A stretch of DNA of 62,473 bases, the filler included, from Sphacelaria rigidula (lineage: Eukaryota): the NCBI GenBank assembly GCA_964200075.2. It is 7 parts of 7 records of this genome, joined end to end, with 100 filler letters (N's around TTAATTAATTAA, not from the genome) between each part and the next. Parts side by side here need not be neighbours in the genome. Positions count along the whole stretch, not along the records: positions 44,696 to 53,534 come from CAXNAA020009977.1; positions 53,635 to 62,473 come from CAXNAA020009978.1; 5 more parts are not named here. One strand, given 5' to 3'. The position numbers and the translations under genes were made by a program. Within the stretch, counting starts at the first letter, position 1. Each line of letters begins with the position of its first letter. Positions 50,110 through 62,473 of this stretch are shown piece by piece. Under the pieces are notes generated by a model. That model saw nothing but the letters and a program-made list of their open reading frames with translations, had not been told where the DNA came from and did no database searches.

Positions 50110-50475
50110 GCCGCCCCGACGACTCAGTTGGTAACCTCAAAACTCTCTGACGGTTGGGTCGTGGATTCAAATCCCGGAGCGATATGGGACTTTCTTCTCA
50201 CGCCATGCTCAACAGTGGAGAGCGACCATGTCGTGGGTACACAAAAATTCAACTTAACAGTCGACGAGGGAAAGGGACTGCTGAACCCCTCTCGCGATAA
50301 AACATGAAGGCAAGCACCGCAGAAAGGTCGAGTACTACGAAACAAACAAACAAACAAAAAACTCCTGTGTTGGCCTTCGTCCTGTGTGACCCTGGCTGGT
50401 GCGCCCCCCATATATCGAAAGTTGTATTGTAGACCGGTGTCCAGAACAGATGGGACGACAACGCACACACACACT
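50110..50475 (+). mobile_element. tRNA-derived SINE family 1
   Basis: Colinear with the other copies. Confidence 0.85.
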
Positions 50476-50619
50476 CGCGTCTTCACGCTCTCAGCAACGG
50501 CATCCAGATTTTTCACGCCTCAGAAACATCGTCTCCATCGGGATTCGAAACAGCAATCTTTGTCCCCTAACCGGCTATCAGTTATTGCTGTACACTAAAC
50601 TACTGTGTATAGTATCAGT

Positions 50620-50972
50620 GACACCACCCGGTCGCGGAACTTTGATTTTTTGTCACTCCCAATTACTCCCCTTCCTGGGGATGAGTCCGTCGTGTCAAGG
50701 GATCAACCCATAGGGCACACGCGTCTCGCACTTGGGTACCGCGGATTGGATCAGCACTTCTTCTACTACTCCTGCACCGCGTATACTGCATTTAAACAAG
50801 TACAGCTAAGCATTATGTTTGCTGCTCACGTCTTCGCGCATTCAACGACGGAAATAAGATACTTCAGAGAAAAAAGCCAGTCTAGACGAGGTGGGCGGGG
50901 ATTGCACCCACGCTTCTCCCGCCGTTAGACCCTAACGGTGCTGGTGGAACCATCAGACCGCCGTGCGCGGCG
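50620..50972 (-). mobile_element. tRNA-derived SINE family 2
   Basis: Colinear with 60320-60615 (reverse). Confidence 0.7.
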
Positions 50973-50981
50973 TTTAGCAAT

Positions 50982-51078
50982 GTACTCATGATCATGCATG
51001 CCATAGTCATGAGACCATCGACCTCGCATCCCTACAAAGCCGGGACGGAGCACGCCGGGTTTTCGCCGGACCAGGCTC
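50982..51078 (-). mobile_element. Poly-C element 3' module (subfamily B); no C tract at this copy
   Basis: gagcctggtccggcgaaaacccggc...tcatgagtac. Confidence 0.85.
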
Positions 51079-51312
51079 GTGTCCGCAAAATCAACGCTGA
51101 GGCAACAAAACCCATAGACGCGCAGTCTAGCAGGAGCACACCATGAAGTTCTCTCTCTAACCGTATTGATGAAAAAAAGCAAACACACGTATACACGGGC
51201 ACACGTGAAAACAAAATATGATGCTAAAAAATACCATCAGAGAGCCGGGAACACCGCAAGGGTACAGTACTTAATGCCGACAACAATCCCCTCCCCCCCA
51301 AAAAACACTGAC

Positions 51313-51529
51313 CTTGAACACATCGTTAAACCAGCCAGGTCCTCCGAGGTTAACCTTGTCCAGATTGCAGATGTAGTTGTACGGGTTTTGGTCCTCTCCT
51401 ACTCCACCCATCGGGTCTCCCATTCCCATTCCTGGTGCAGGGCGAGTAGTGAAGAGTTTTCAGTCCAACATGGGCACAACGTGGTCATGGCCAATAGAGC
51501 GAGTATTGCGATAATCTCCCTCAAGGTGA
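51313..51529 (-). pseudogene. Exon-like relic with one in-frame stop, inside transposon-like DNA
   Basis: ctag|..HLEGDYRNTRSIGHDHVVPMLD*KLF..NPYNYICNLDKVNLGGPGWFNDVFK|gtcagt. Confidence 0.35.
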
Positions 51530-53634
51530 CTAGACAAAAGCACATTGCAAAAAACATCTGCAGTTTCTGTTCGCATACAAACAACATGCATACGTGTATT
51601 TTAGAGGTATTAGTGTTACACATATTGAGAGGTTCAAGTCTCTTCTCATGTACGTCACGCATTGGATGCACTGTACACCCATTCCTATTCATCACATATT
51701 GTGACTGCTTTAATATCCCGTCACACAACCACTCTTGTTCTTCCTTCAATAACACAAAACACATGTTCTTACAAAACGTGGACATAATATATGGATATAT
51801 AATATAAATATACAAGGTTCCCCTTCGGGAGGTTGGTGCGGGCCTCCCGGGGGTGACGCAAGTCGGAAGTATAAAATATACTTCGTACGAGTATGTCTTT
51901 TCAGCGCGCTGAAAAAAAGCGTGGGGGAAAATGCCTTGCTGGCAGAGAACACTCGGCAAAAGTGGTGAACATGTGAAATGATACATGTACATGATATATA
52001 TATATATGGGTTGAATGAAGGGAGGAAAAGCGCGCGTGTCATCGCTTTGTCCGCTTCGATCGAGCAGGTATATATTGCCCTCCGCCAAAAATAAATAGAC
52101 GTGAACAAACATACACAACTGATGACGGAGCCTCCGATTACATTGAACGATTGTTTTGTGAGATTGAGAGTAGAGGATACGGTTGAGAAGGAAAAACGGT
52201 CAATTAGTGAGTTAATCGTTTCAGTTCCGAAATATCCCTCCACGAGGCCCTCACAGAAGTAGCGGGCTAACTCACAGTTATTAACCTGCGAAGCACCAAG
52301 ACAGAGATGATCCTGTGAAGTCAGTGTTGCGCTAAAAGAAAAAAACTATTAATCGGAACAAAATCTTACCGTTTTGCCCTCTAGTGCGCACTGCTGCAGC
52401 GCACAGCACCAGATAGAGCGACTTGGAACTGTTGACTGTGGCTTGCACAGCCTATGAGCGATGTTTCAGCGCCTCGCAGCGGCTGCAACGCGCTTGGGGC
52501 CGTGCGCCATGAAGTGCGCAGCTCAACAGACTGTATGCCGATCGGTGCACTAGAGATGGTCATGATCCAGAACGGACCGCAGTACAGACCGGTGCCAGTT
52601 TGCTACCGCGTCGGCCGTCGAGTCGCTCAACATGTCTAAGTTTATGCATCTGCGCATGCAGCCTGTAGTGCGACACTGGTAGACCTAAAGAAATGTACAT
52701 ACACAACGACTGGTACTCGATTTGACTTGGTTTCAGACTGAAGAAAGTTTTGAGAAAAATCATGATTTGGGGCTGGTGAGCAGTGGTGAGCAGTAGAACC
52801 AGGTCGTCCAGAACGTGTTTTGGTCCAAAATCGGCTCAAAGGCGTCGATTTGAGCTCTCGAATGGCGTCGATTCGAGTTCTCGTGACGCACGCTTGAGCT
52901 AAGAAACTGCACCCCCCTTGCCCGAGAGTTCTCGGTATGCCTTGGTCGATGTGAGTGCTAGGGTTAGCGTTAGGGTTGGTGGCATCTCCATAGCACCAAC
53001 CACTGTTTACGTACATTTCTTCAAGCCCCCTCGGTGAAGTACTTGTGCAGGGATGCCTCCTTGTCACGAGGACATTCTTGCGCCGGTACTTCACATAGGT
53101 GCATCCTTTGAGGGAACCCTCTGTTACGGGTTGCATGACCACAGGGATTTGGTCACCCCCCTGCGCTTGTCGAGCACAGCTGACCTACAGAGAGGACGTT
53201 TGCCCACGTGTGTGCCTTGTTCAACTCGCCAACAGAACAGCTCATTACACGGTCTTGGTTTTGGTGGTGACTAAGGTAAGGCGGAGGCAATGTTCATTTG
53301 TTTTCAACTGCTTTGCTTTCATGTTCTCGTGACATTCGCTACACAACCGCTGTCTTCGTACTCCCGAATCAACGAGAACGCAAAGAAATACCCCGTCATG
53401 AACAGGCTTTTGTGGTTCGGGTTCTTGTTTGAAGTTTTCCATGATGAGGCTTTTGTGGTTCGGGATCGACACCCCGCCAAAAAGAGCCAGTGTGGGCGAC
53501 TTTCGATGGTCAGAACACGCGCCACAGGTATCAGNNNNNNNNNNNNNNNNNNNNNNNNNNNNNNNNNNNNNNNNNNNNTTAATTAATTAANNNNNNNNNN
53601 NNNNNNNNNNNNNNNNNNNNNNNNNNNNNNNNNN

Positions 53635-53702
53635 GAATCGAACCCCCCAACTCAACCATCAGAAGGTTACGAGGTTACCAACTGAGCCACCGGGGCGACC
53701 GG
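53635..53702 (-). mobile_element. SINE family 1 head, cut by the contig start
   Basis: ccggtcgccccggtggctcagttggtaacctcg...ggttcgattc. Confidence 0.8.
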
Positions 53703-53953
53703 CTTGAATTAATAGCATAAAAAAAAAGCAAATCAATGCGAATAATCTCACAGAATATTTTACCTACGGTGCCCAGTAGCCTGATCCCTCTATAACCCCT
53801 GGGTCAACATTGTCTCTTTCCTTGAAAAGGTCCACTACTACTCCCCACCTCTTGGGTGTGTCCCTGTTTTCCCAGATTTGATTAAACTGTACAACATGAT
53901 CATCATAGTGATAATTCCTTACCCCCCGTACTTCACACGGGGGGGGGGAGGGG

Positions 53954-54033
53954 ATACTCATTTGTTGCTTGCCTTAGTCGTTTGACCATTGACCACGCAT
54001 CCCTTTCGAGACGGAGCACCGTTTCTACTCCTT
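53954..54033 (-). mobile_element. Poly-C-targeting element, subfamily A
   Basis: G-rich tracts on both sides; degenerate TSD. Confidence 0.85.
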
Positions 54034-54718
54034 TCATGAGGGAGAGGGGAGGATTTTCCCAGAATTGCGAATAATCGGCAATTCCAATCGACGATAGCAG
54101 CAAAAATTTTGGAAGTCTCCCGAATCAACCACGTGGGCACCCCACCCCGATACAATTGGGGCGAATCGAAAACTCATTCGCCGCTGATACGTGAAGCCCG
54201 GTGGATGCACTCCCCATGTTGACCTCTTTGGGACTTTCGGAAGTTGACTAACCGTGGGTATTGCAGCATCCGGGTCGTCCATGAACGCTTTACGGTGCAA
54301 AGTCTGCAACAGCACCGCAAGTACGGTGGTGTTTGTGCAAGCGCTGAAACTTTGATACGTCTTTGAGAGCACCTATTCATAGCAAAAACTCTCTCCGCGC
54401 TCAACATGCTCACCGGTTTGGTCAGACCACCGTTTGGAATCGGCATTACCGAACATCTTCACTTCGCTAACGACTGGCAGACATACTTGTCCATCTGTGG
54501 GCGCTTGAAGGTCAACCTGTCACGATTTTGGTTGCTTCCCGTTGCTCCAAAAAACCAAACAACCCGAAACCCCATCCCACCCACCAATTACACCCCTTTA
54601 CTATTGATGAGAAAATCTAATTGTGGTTGATTCATCTCATGAGTTTGTGGAAGGTTAAATTCTCCACGATTGTTCTTCCACCCAGAACCCCAAAAATTCT
54701 GGTACAGTATCATATAAG

Positions 54719-55070
54719 CCGGTCGCCCCGGTGGCTCCGTTGGTATTGTAACCTCGGAACCTTCTGACGGTTGGATCGTGGGTTCGAGTGTCGGAGCGAT
54801 CTGGGATTTTTCCTCACAGAATGCCCAACAGTGGAAAGCGACTATGTCGTGGGTACACAAAATTCGACTTGATGGTCGATGAGGGAAAGGGACTGCTGAA
54901 CCCCTTTCGCGATAAATAATAAAAGCAAGCACCACAGAAGGAAGGTGGAGAACTAAAAACAAAAATCCTGTATTGGCCTTCCTCCTGTGTGACGCCGGCT
55001 GATGTACCCACATATACCGGAAGATGTAGACCGGCGTCCAGAATAGATGCAACGACAACACATAACATAC
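54719..55070 (+). mobile_element. tRNA-derived SINE family 1
   Basis: Colinear with the other copies. Confidence 0.85.
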
Positions 55071-55366
55071 GACATAATCGGAATCCAAATTTGTATGGCG
55101 TAATTGTCCACAAGTTCTGCCTGTTATCCTGTTTATATAGAACGTATCTCGCCTCGAGTTTTATGTTTGTCTGGCCTACGTCCAGGCACTCGTCTTGTGT
55201 GCGTTATTGGAGGCTTTTCCGTATGGACGAAGATTTGCCATATACCGGGGATGACGAGATATCATCTCCTGGTGCGAATTTCCCGAGGAAATACTGATGG
55301 AATGAATGTTCATTTTTGTGCCCCCCACCCCCATCCCCACCCCCGCCCCCGCCCCCGGCGCCTCAG

Positions 55367-55482
55367 GTGTTGAATAGCGCGACGGGCAGCACTGTATCGA
55401 AGAGCCTCCTTTACTCGCAGGGCGGCGGGGTTGCGTTGTACGCCCTTGGCTTTTTGATCGCGATTGGTGGTATACTTACTAG
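55367..55482 (+). CDS. Possible orphan exon with a transmembrane-like helix; coordinates approximate
   Basis: ctcag|VLNSATGSTVSKSLLYSQGGGVALYALGFLIAIGGILTR|gtaggt. Confidence 0.4.
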
Positions 55483-56250
55483 GGTAGGTTGATGTCCTTC
55501 ATGTTTTGTTCAAGTCCCGGCAATGTCGTACAATGGTCAAAATCTTGCTCAAGTTCGCTCGGTGTTGAATTATTTCACATTTATTTCTGTGCTGTGCTCG
55601 ACGGTAGGGAGGGGGGGGAGGGGGCGTCACCGTACTTTCGACAGTTAACGTCTGAAAAGGGTTCATGATGTATGATGATCCACTCACGGACACACTGGAG
55701 AAGTTTGTCATTTCGCAACGGTTGTTCATCACCTGATGTTTTCGTTGTCCCTATGCTCGTAGTACTGTAACCATAGCGAGTGAGCTGGGCGAAGAAGGCT
55801 TTGGGCTGTGCATCTTTCGTTTTTTTATTTTTGTCACACCTGTCGTGCTTTACATTTACTAGGGAGAAGAGAGTGGACGTGCTTACGGGGAAACCCCATC
55901 ATCGACGTTTTGTTTTTGTATTTTACGCATTGTATTTGCATTCTATGAATGTATCAGTAATTGCCTTTTCCGAGCAGCTCGTTTCGTGCTTCGCGCTGTA
56001 TATTATTGATACTTTATATTGTAGTATTAGTTGGACGGCGCTTTCGTCGGTAGTTCACTACGGAATGTTACTGTACTGAGAATAAGACCCCCCGACGATG
56101 GACATTTTAGCCGTCACAACGTGAGCCCTTGAAAGTAGTTTGATGCGTTCTATCTTGGGTCTACTGGTGATGAACGTTTTCTCCCTGCCCAAAAGAAAGG
56201 CCGTCGAAAAATGGTTCACGTACAGGGGGGCGGGGGGGGGGAGAGGGGGC

Positions 56251-56347
56251 GTACTCATGATCTTGCGTGCCGTAGTCGTATGGTCATTGACCTCGCATCC
56301 CTACAAAGCCGGGACGGAGCACGCCGAATTTTCGCTGGACCAGGCTC
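56251..56347 (-). mobile_element. Poly-C element 3' module (subfamily B) with a degenerate TSD
   Basis: Flanks cacgtacagggg / cacggacaaggg. Confidence 0.85.
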
Positions 56348-57928
56348 GCACGGACAAGGGAGGGAGGGGGCAGGGGCAGTGACTGCTGAAGAGGATGGTG
56401 TTCTGGGGCACAGTACTACAGTCAACAAGTCAGAATAATATGGGAGACACGGAGGCATGCGGTCGTCCTTTTTTCATCGCGCTGCAACAGGAAAAAAGGC
56501 CGACAAAAGTAGTTTTGTTGTGGGTGCTGTCGTCTATCGTGTTGCTTCCCATGATGTGGGATGTAGTCCGTTCCTTGTGTCGACGTGCTTGATTTTCAAT
56601 TTGTTATATATTTTCAATCATGCGCCTTGTATGTACGTGCGCGTTACCATGTCTTCAAACAAATGACATGCGATAGTCGTCTGAAACTGGAGTAACTGAA
56701 TCGCCAGTAGTAGGTATCCTGCAAGTATTGTCCAAACGGTGAGTACAGCAGTGCTGTCTTTATGGCAGACGTGGTGATGTAGTACATTTTAAAGACGAGA
56801 AAACAGTGGCACGCAGTTTTTCTATCGGCTCGGGAAAGAATACTGTACCGGGAACATCCTCACATACGATTTACTCTTTCCATCAACCAGTAGGTATGTG
56901 TATTGTTTCATAGGTGACTTGCGATACGAGGTGCGGTTAGATTTGTTCCCAAGATGTCAGTTTTTTTTTGTAATTTTGTAATATTGTGGCTTTTTGCTGT
57001 TTTTATTGTACTGTAGTAGATAACGAGCAGATACTGTGCCGACTATATACATTTATTTTTCATGTAAAGATATTTTTTTATACTCGTATGCGTGTTTCCC
57101 TCTGTTGGTATAGTTGTCTGTACACTTCTTCCAGCGGATTGAGTGACTCATTTTTACTTCTTCCTATGAAGTCCTTCTCTCCTCTCTTTTCATGTCTTTC
57201 AGTTGGTCTCCCCTGCATAGTATCATGATGTTTGGCTCAATGTCAACTGCATTCCGCATTCCGTCATTCGGTTGGTATGGCGTCCCTGGTAGATTTAATC
57301 TCTGTGCCCGGCTCGCACTATTAATACTGCTCATGTGCTTGTTCTGCTGAATATCACTGTGCCGCTTACCGTGTTGTGCTCTGGGCTCGTGTGTATTCAT
57401 TTTTTACATTGACATTGGTGAATTGCTACTGCTGCTGCTTTCGGGGGGAGGGGGGGGAGTTGGTTGTTGCAGACTCAGCATGGAGAGCACACATATATGT
57501 AGTGTAGTGACATCCTTGGTACGGTCGCACTATATCATATGTGCACGCAGGGCCAAGTTTAGCCTGAACGTGAAATAAATCGCGTTTTGCGTTAGTGTTT
57601 CACATACGTACGAGTTGCGGTACAGTGTTTCCGCTCCGCTTTTCGACTTCTAGGTGACAAGGCAACGAAACTTTTGACACGGCTAGCGGGGTTGCGGACA
57701 ACCACACATACCCTGTCGCTTTCAATTCCTGGGACACAATACAGTAAAACATATAAGGCCGACTCGATTTGTGCCTTGGCTGTATTTTCAATCGTCGCGG
57801 GAGGGGGGGGGGGTTGCATGTCTACGTACAGGCTGCCATAACAGAGGATCTTGGAAAATGGGAACGACTTGTTATTATAGAAATGAAGAAATAAGATGGT
57901 GGACGTAACTGTGCGAAATGGTATATAA

Positions 57929-58364
57929 CACGGGATCTTACAAATTGGGGATGGATCATTTATTGGGAATGAGAAACCCGGAGGATTAAAATCTTCGTAT
58001 CCACACGACATCTTCGAAAAATGATTTTTTCACGTACTGGTAGCTGTTGGCAGCTGCTACACGCTACAGAAATTTGGATTTCAATCACCGAAATTTTGGG
58101 GTTCTGGGTGAAACCAAAACCAATTTCGGAACCATTTTGGCGTCCGTTCGAACATCCGAAATTCCCCAAAATTGATTTTTCACCTAGAACCTCAACATTT
58201 CGGTAATGGAAATCCAAATTTGAACAGCGTGTAGCAGTTGTCAATAGCTATCAGTAGGTGAAAAAGCGGAACCATACTTCGAAGATGTCGTGTGGATACG
58301 AAGATTTTAATCCTCCGGGTTTCTCATCCCCAATTGATCCATCCACAATTTGTAAGATCCCGTG
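57929..58364. mobile_element. ~435-bp foldback MITE with CACGGG..CCCGTG ends
   Basis: Arms of ~190 bp are mutually inverted; two ORF-track entries both contain MSCGYEDFNPPGFS on opposite strands. Confidence 0.9.
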
Positions 58365-58879
58365 TTATGTGCCCTACGCTGACCTAGAGCTGATGAATAT
58401 CCCCAACATTCAACAGCCCAAAAGATCACAACGTTTTTTGTGTGGCTCTCGCAACTTACCGACAAGTTATTTCGGAAACCATCCTCACACTTTCCTCAAA
58501 ATCAACACTTCCCCAACGACCACAAAGGAAAAATGCACATGGAATGTATCTAAACGGTCCGGAAGGAGCTGTCTATTGTTGTGTGAGATTTTAGGAACAC
58601 ACAGAAGATCCTCGAAAATGGGGTTGGCTACTAAAATGAGGTTCTAGTGGCCTTCCACAAATCCAGGTTTTGTGTGAAACAGTTATGCCAAGGGAAAGCA
58701 TCTTCGCACAAAACGTTTTTGTCGCAGTTCAGCGGGTGTGGCTAGGTGCACCAAATGAATGCGGTGTACACGCGTGTCGACGACGATATCACCGGAGAAG
58801 CAACGGCGGAGAGAAGCTCCTCGCCCGTGTCATTCGTGTGTCCTCGTTCGGCGATTCCCACTCGCTGGAGAGGTGGCAT

Positions 58880-59600
58880 CATTTTACCAGCACATAACCA
58901 ATTCGCCACGTGCCGGCAGGCGGGTTATTGCTGCATAGTCCCCCAAAGATCAGGGTGCCGAGGGTTGTAGTATCTTGTCTGTAATGCTCTCCAACGCAAA
59001 GGTCGATTCCTCCATGCCTCTTTTTTTGGACAGGACGTGCCTCTGTGCGCTGCACAACACATCGTCGGAAGGCAGGGCGATGTTCCCGTCACGGCTACTA
59101 TTCTCACACACATACGTGCGAGCAATGACGGTGTTGCGGCAATATGATCCAATCGCAACTTGGGGGGTGCCATTGCCATCGTTAATTTTACCCGACCTAT
59201 CCACAAGTACAAGAGTATGCCACAACCCAGTTGGGGGATGTATGATAGATCAAACACTCGCGGAGACCTTCTAGGCATGCGGAGTGAAAAAAGATACCTC
59301 TGGCGGTCACCTCACTGTTGCTGGCGTGACCCATATGGGGGTTGCCATCCTGTAATCTGAGCTTTTCTGATGTACAACCGGTCGCGCGTGCTCAGTAGGG
59401 TGTGTGTGTGTGTGGTGGTAAAGGGCAAAAAATTGCCAGCTGAGGACATCTTAAGTTGAGGCGAGATATGGTTACGGTTTCACCAAGATCAACCACGTGC
59501 CATTGCATTTGTAACCCACGCCGTCTTGACAAGCGCTGACCGCAAAGGTCTTGTTTAAGAATAGCTTCAAAGCAGGGTGGTAGTAGGAAGTACGTCAAAC
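58880..59600 (-). pseudogene. Possible decayed Penelope-like RT N-terminal region
   Basis: LLYLWIGR......PPKLR...IAA followed by LGDYAAITRLP (motif A-like). Confidence 0.35.
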
Positions 59601-60319
59601 AAGCCCGAGCATAGCTTTCGTTGCTCTACTGACTCCCTTACAGTACAACAGGAGCACCGAATTCTATAATACAAGCCTTCTACAATTGAACACTATCGTT
59701 TCTTTTTTTAATATTATCTCCCATAGAATCAAAACAGTGCCGAGCTCGATTCTCGACGCGACTACTTCTTTCCGGTAGAGAAAATATATCTCCCATTGAT
59801 GTGGAAATACGTTAGAGGCACAAGATCTTGTTGCAGCGTTGACGAGGGGCAAGCCAGAGGATCACGTCGAGAGGACTTTTGAGCTCAGAAATTCTTCAGT
59901 TGACAGCTTGGCGCGCTCTTCCTGTGCACTCCATGGATATGCAAAGTAAAACTAATGCATCCGCCATCAAGTATCCCGTTCTATACCTGCAAAAACTAGC
60001 GATCATGTACTTTGTTTATTCTTGTTTTATGCGCGCTGAGCCTGATGGAGGTCGCGCTCGGAGAACAGCTCGAGCAAAAAAACAGTTTTGGCTGACAAGA
60101 CACAATGGGCACGGGGGCGGGGCATGGCGTGCACAGGGGAAAACACGCGCGCATACAACCTCGAGAATGACGCCATGAGTGTGCATGTGTAACAAACCAA
60201 CATGTTGAGGATGAGGCGTCTCGCCGAACGGCGGTCGCAACCGGTTACACGTAGTGGGTTAACACCGCCCCAATCTTTACAGAACGAATGATGAGGGGAT
60301 GCATGAATATACTGTGTGC

Positions 60320-60615
60320 CGCCGCGCACCGGTGGTATAATGCTGTAGCTGGCATTTGGGCTGGGAAAACGCGGGTTTGATTCCCGCAACATGCGTCTAG
60401 TCCATCCTTTATTTTTTCAAGTATCTGATTTCCGTCATTGAAAGCGTGAGGATGCGAGTGGCGAAGAGGGCGCTTGGCTGAGGTTGTAGGCAACAATCGA
60501 CGCGGTACGAGAGAGCTGGTCATGATCCAATCCGCGATACCAAGATGTAAGGCATGTTCTGGGTGAGAGATGGAGTGATCCCTTGAGACCACAGAGTTGT
60601 CCCCAGGAAGGTGAC
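60320..60615 (+). mobile_element. tRNA-derived SINE family 2
   Basis: A box tggtataatg and B box ggtttgattcc; colinear with 50620-50972. Confidence 0.7.
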
Positions 60616-61758
60616 GGGTCAGGAATAGAACGAAAAACAAAATGTAGTCGTGGTGAATCAGCGACGGGCGGAACGAATCACATACAAACATGCAGCAAGA
60701 CAAATTGCCGATGCCAGCCAGCAGCCTCCCGAGAGCAACAGCACGCAAGAGGGGTGAATATACTGGATACAGCGACGGACACGAGGGACTCGCTTCGGTG
60801 GAGCAAGATGAAAAATTGCATGTAGGCGCGCATCGTCTGCGTACACCGCGCGTGGGATATGTGCTACACTTTGTCAATCCAAGACTAGGTAGATGCCGGG
60901 GGAAGACGAATATGGCAACATACATCGTCCACGTTTGTGCTGAGATTTCGAGTCTCCAAATAACGTCGACGAAAGACCGTCATCATGCTTACACTTTGCC
61001 AACTTGACAGTACAGTGGATGCCACGTTGTTGTAATATACACCTGGATGAGAAAGGTCTTCTCAAGGCACCGATGGTTTCAAGTGATGGTGAGAGACAAG
61101 GGAATGGTACGCAATTTACGGATGGGTGGTTAGAAATTGGGAGCAACAAGCGCTTGATGGGTCGAAAAACACATGGGCGCTGGCTGACGCCGATTAACGA
61201 ACATATACGTAGGTTACATCCGACTAAATCAATCAGCATTTATTCTAAAGAAGATAAAAAAGTTACGATTATATCTGCTTACATGAGTGTCTAACAGCGC
61301 GCGCACGCATCGGGCAAGACTCATCGTTTTCAACACTCCAACGTCAAGAGACCTTCAGCCTTTTCTCCGAGATTTTCCCCCATCACGACTCCTACGGAGC
61401 GAATCGTACGCATCGTGACTTATCCTCGCTTTGTGTGAAAACATCGGTGAAACGTCGCTTCATTTCCAAACCGGAATTATCCTATCCCGAAACGACACGT
61501 AACAGAGCATTTTCTAAACATGAGGTCCAAATCCGAAGGACCGGTTTCCCTAACCTCAAACACTCAATAGACCATACCGACTCGATCACAACATATTGGG
61601 ATCCGAACATACGGAGTCCACTGTAAGTAGTGTTCATGTACGGCCTTGACCACCGGCGCACAGTGACATCCTGATCATGGTCGCAAAAGAAGACAATCGA
61701 ACACCAGTCCCCCGGACACAGCTAGCTGTACACCGCTATTTCAAGCCCTATGAGTGAC

Positions 61759-62180
61759 TCAAATTTCTTTAAACATTACACGCCACAAAACCTCATACAC
61801 GTCCTCTGCAACCAAGTTGCCCTTGGCGTTCAGGCAGCCCTCCCGCCCGAGTTCTTCCACCCCACCAACACCCCCGCCCCCCCCGGCCGCTCCTCCTGCG
61901 CCCTCGCCCTCTACCATAACCCCATCTGAACCCGTACTAGCAGCCTCCGTTTCTCCTTCTCCTTCCCCTAACGCGTCACCACTAGCGTCCGACTCCCGCG
62001 CACGTATTTTCCTGAAAGCCAGGAGGGGTCGGGGATCTCCAACGGTACAGGGCAACCGTCCGTGGGACCCCCGAATCCCGTCGCACCTGCGCGGTTCGAC
62101 GAGAGAGCCGGGGGGAGGGGGGGTGTCTTCATTGTTTCGAAGCATCCCGGGATGATGAACGGTTTGGGCTCCCCCGACTC
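61759..62180 (-). CDS. Probable terminal exon of an unknown protein
   Basis: gtttcag| then ~140 GC-rich open codons ending ..EDVYEVLWRVMFKEI*. Confidence 0.6.
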
Positions 62181-62473
62181 TGAAACAATTGTACATTATC
62201 TATGGATTTCGTGCCTTTTTCATGACGCATTTCCCAGAAATATCATGTCGTTAGGAGATGCTCGCTTCAAGCATGTTTCCGAGATGTAAAACAAGGCATC
62301 AACATCGGACGTCGAGTATGCACAGTTCCCAGGAAAATACCAAGTCTAAAAACATTCCATCTGTTGTGCCTCTCCCCGCTCCTCGCGTCTACGAGCTGGT
62401 CCAGCTGTACAAAGAGCATTTCCCGAGAACACCACAACTTCTCAGGTTTCCCGAATCAGTGCGACTTGCGCAT

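Noticed and set aside
1-62473. Endogenous phaeovirus segment or a prokaryotic operon/defence system
   Set aside because: No dense intronless ORFs and no viral or bacterial hallmark proteins recognised.

Overview
This is eukaryotic nuclear DNA, most likely a brown alga (Phaeophyceae). That is inferred from ~50% GC, short GT-AG exons in long repeat-rich introns and TTAGGG-type repeats; it is not proven. The window is not one locus: seven unrelated 8,839-bp pieces (1-8839, 8940-17778, 17879-26717, 26818-35656, 35757-44595, 44696-53534, 53635-62473) are joined by identical 100-nt N/TTAATTAATTAA/N linkers. Most ORF-track entries are noise. Well-supported genes are a spliced DDT+WHIM1 chromatin-regulator gene (piece 1, minus) and an FG-rich nucleoporin-like gene with a RanBP1 domain (piece 3, minus), plus a few orphan exons. 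The rest is mostly mobile DNA: two tRNA-derived SINE families, several MITE/foldback families (one carries telomeric repeats), a decayed PIF/Harbinger transposase and several decayed Penelope-like RT relics. The best candidate for an undescribed system has two parts. One is an abundant non-coding, 5'-truncated retroelement family that ends in TGAGTAC and inserts almost always into poly-C tracts with 10-16 bp target-site duplications. The other is a set of Penelope-like relics, one with a GIY-YIG endonuclease N-terminal to the RT (Naiad/Chlamys order), which could be the autonomous partner. A 43-bp-phased array of the palindrome CAATATATATTG is also notable.
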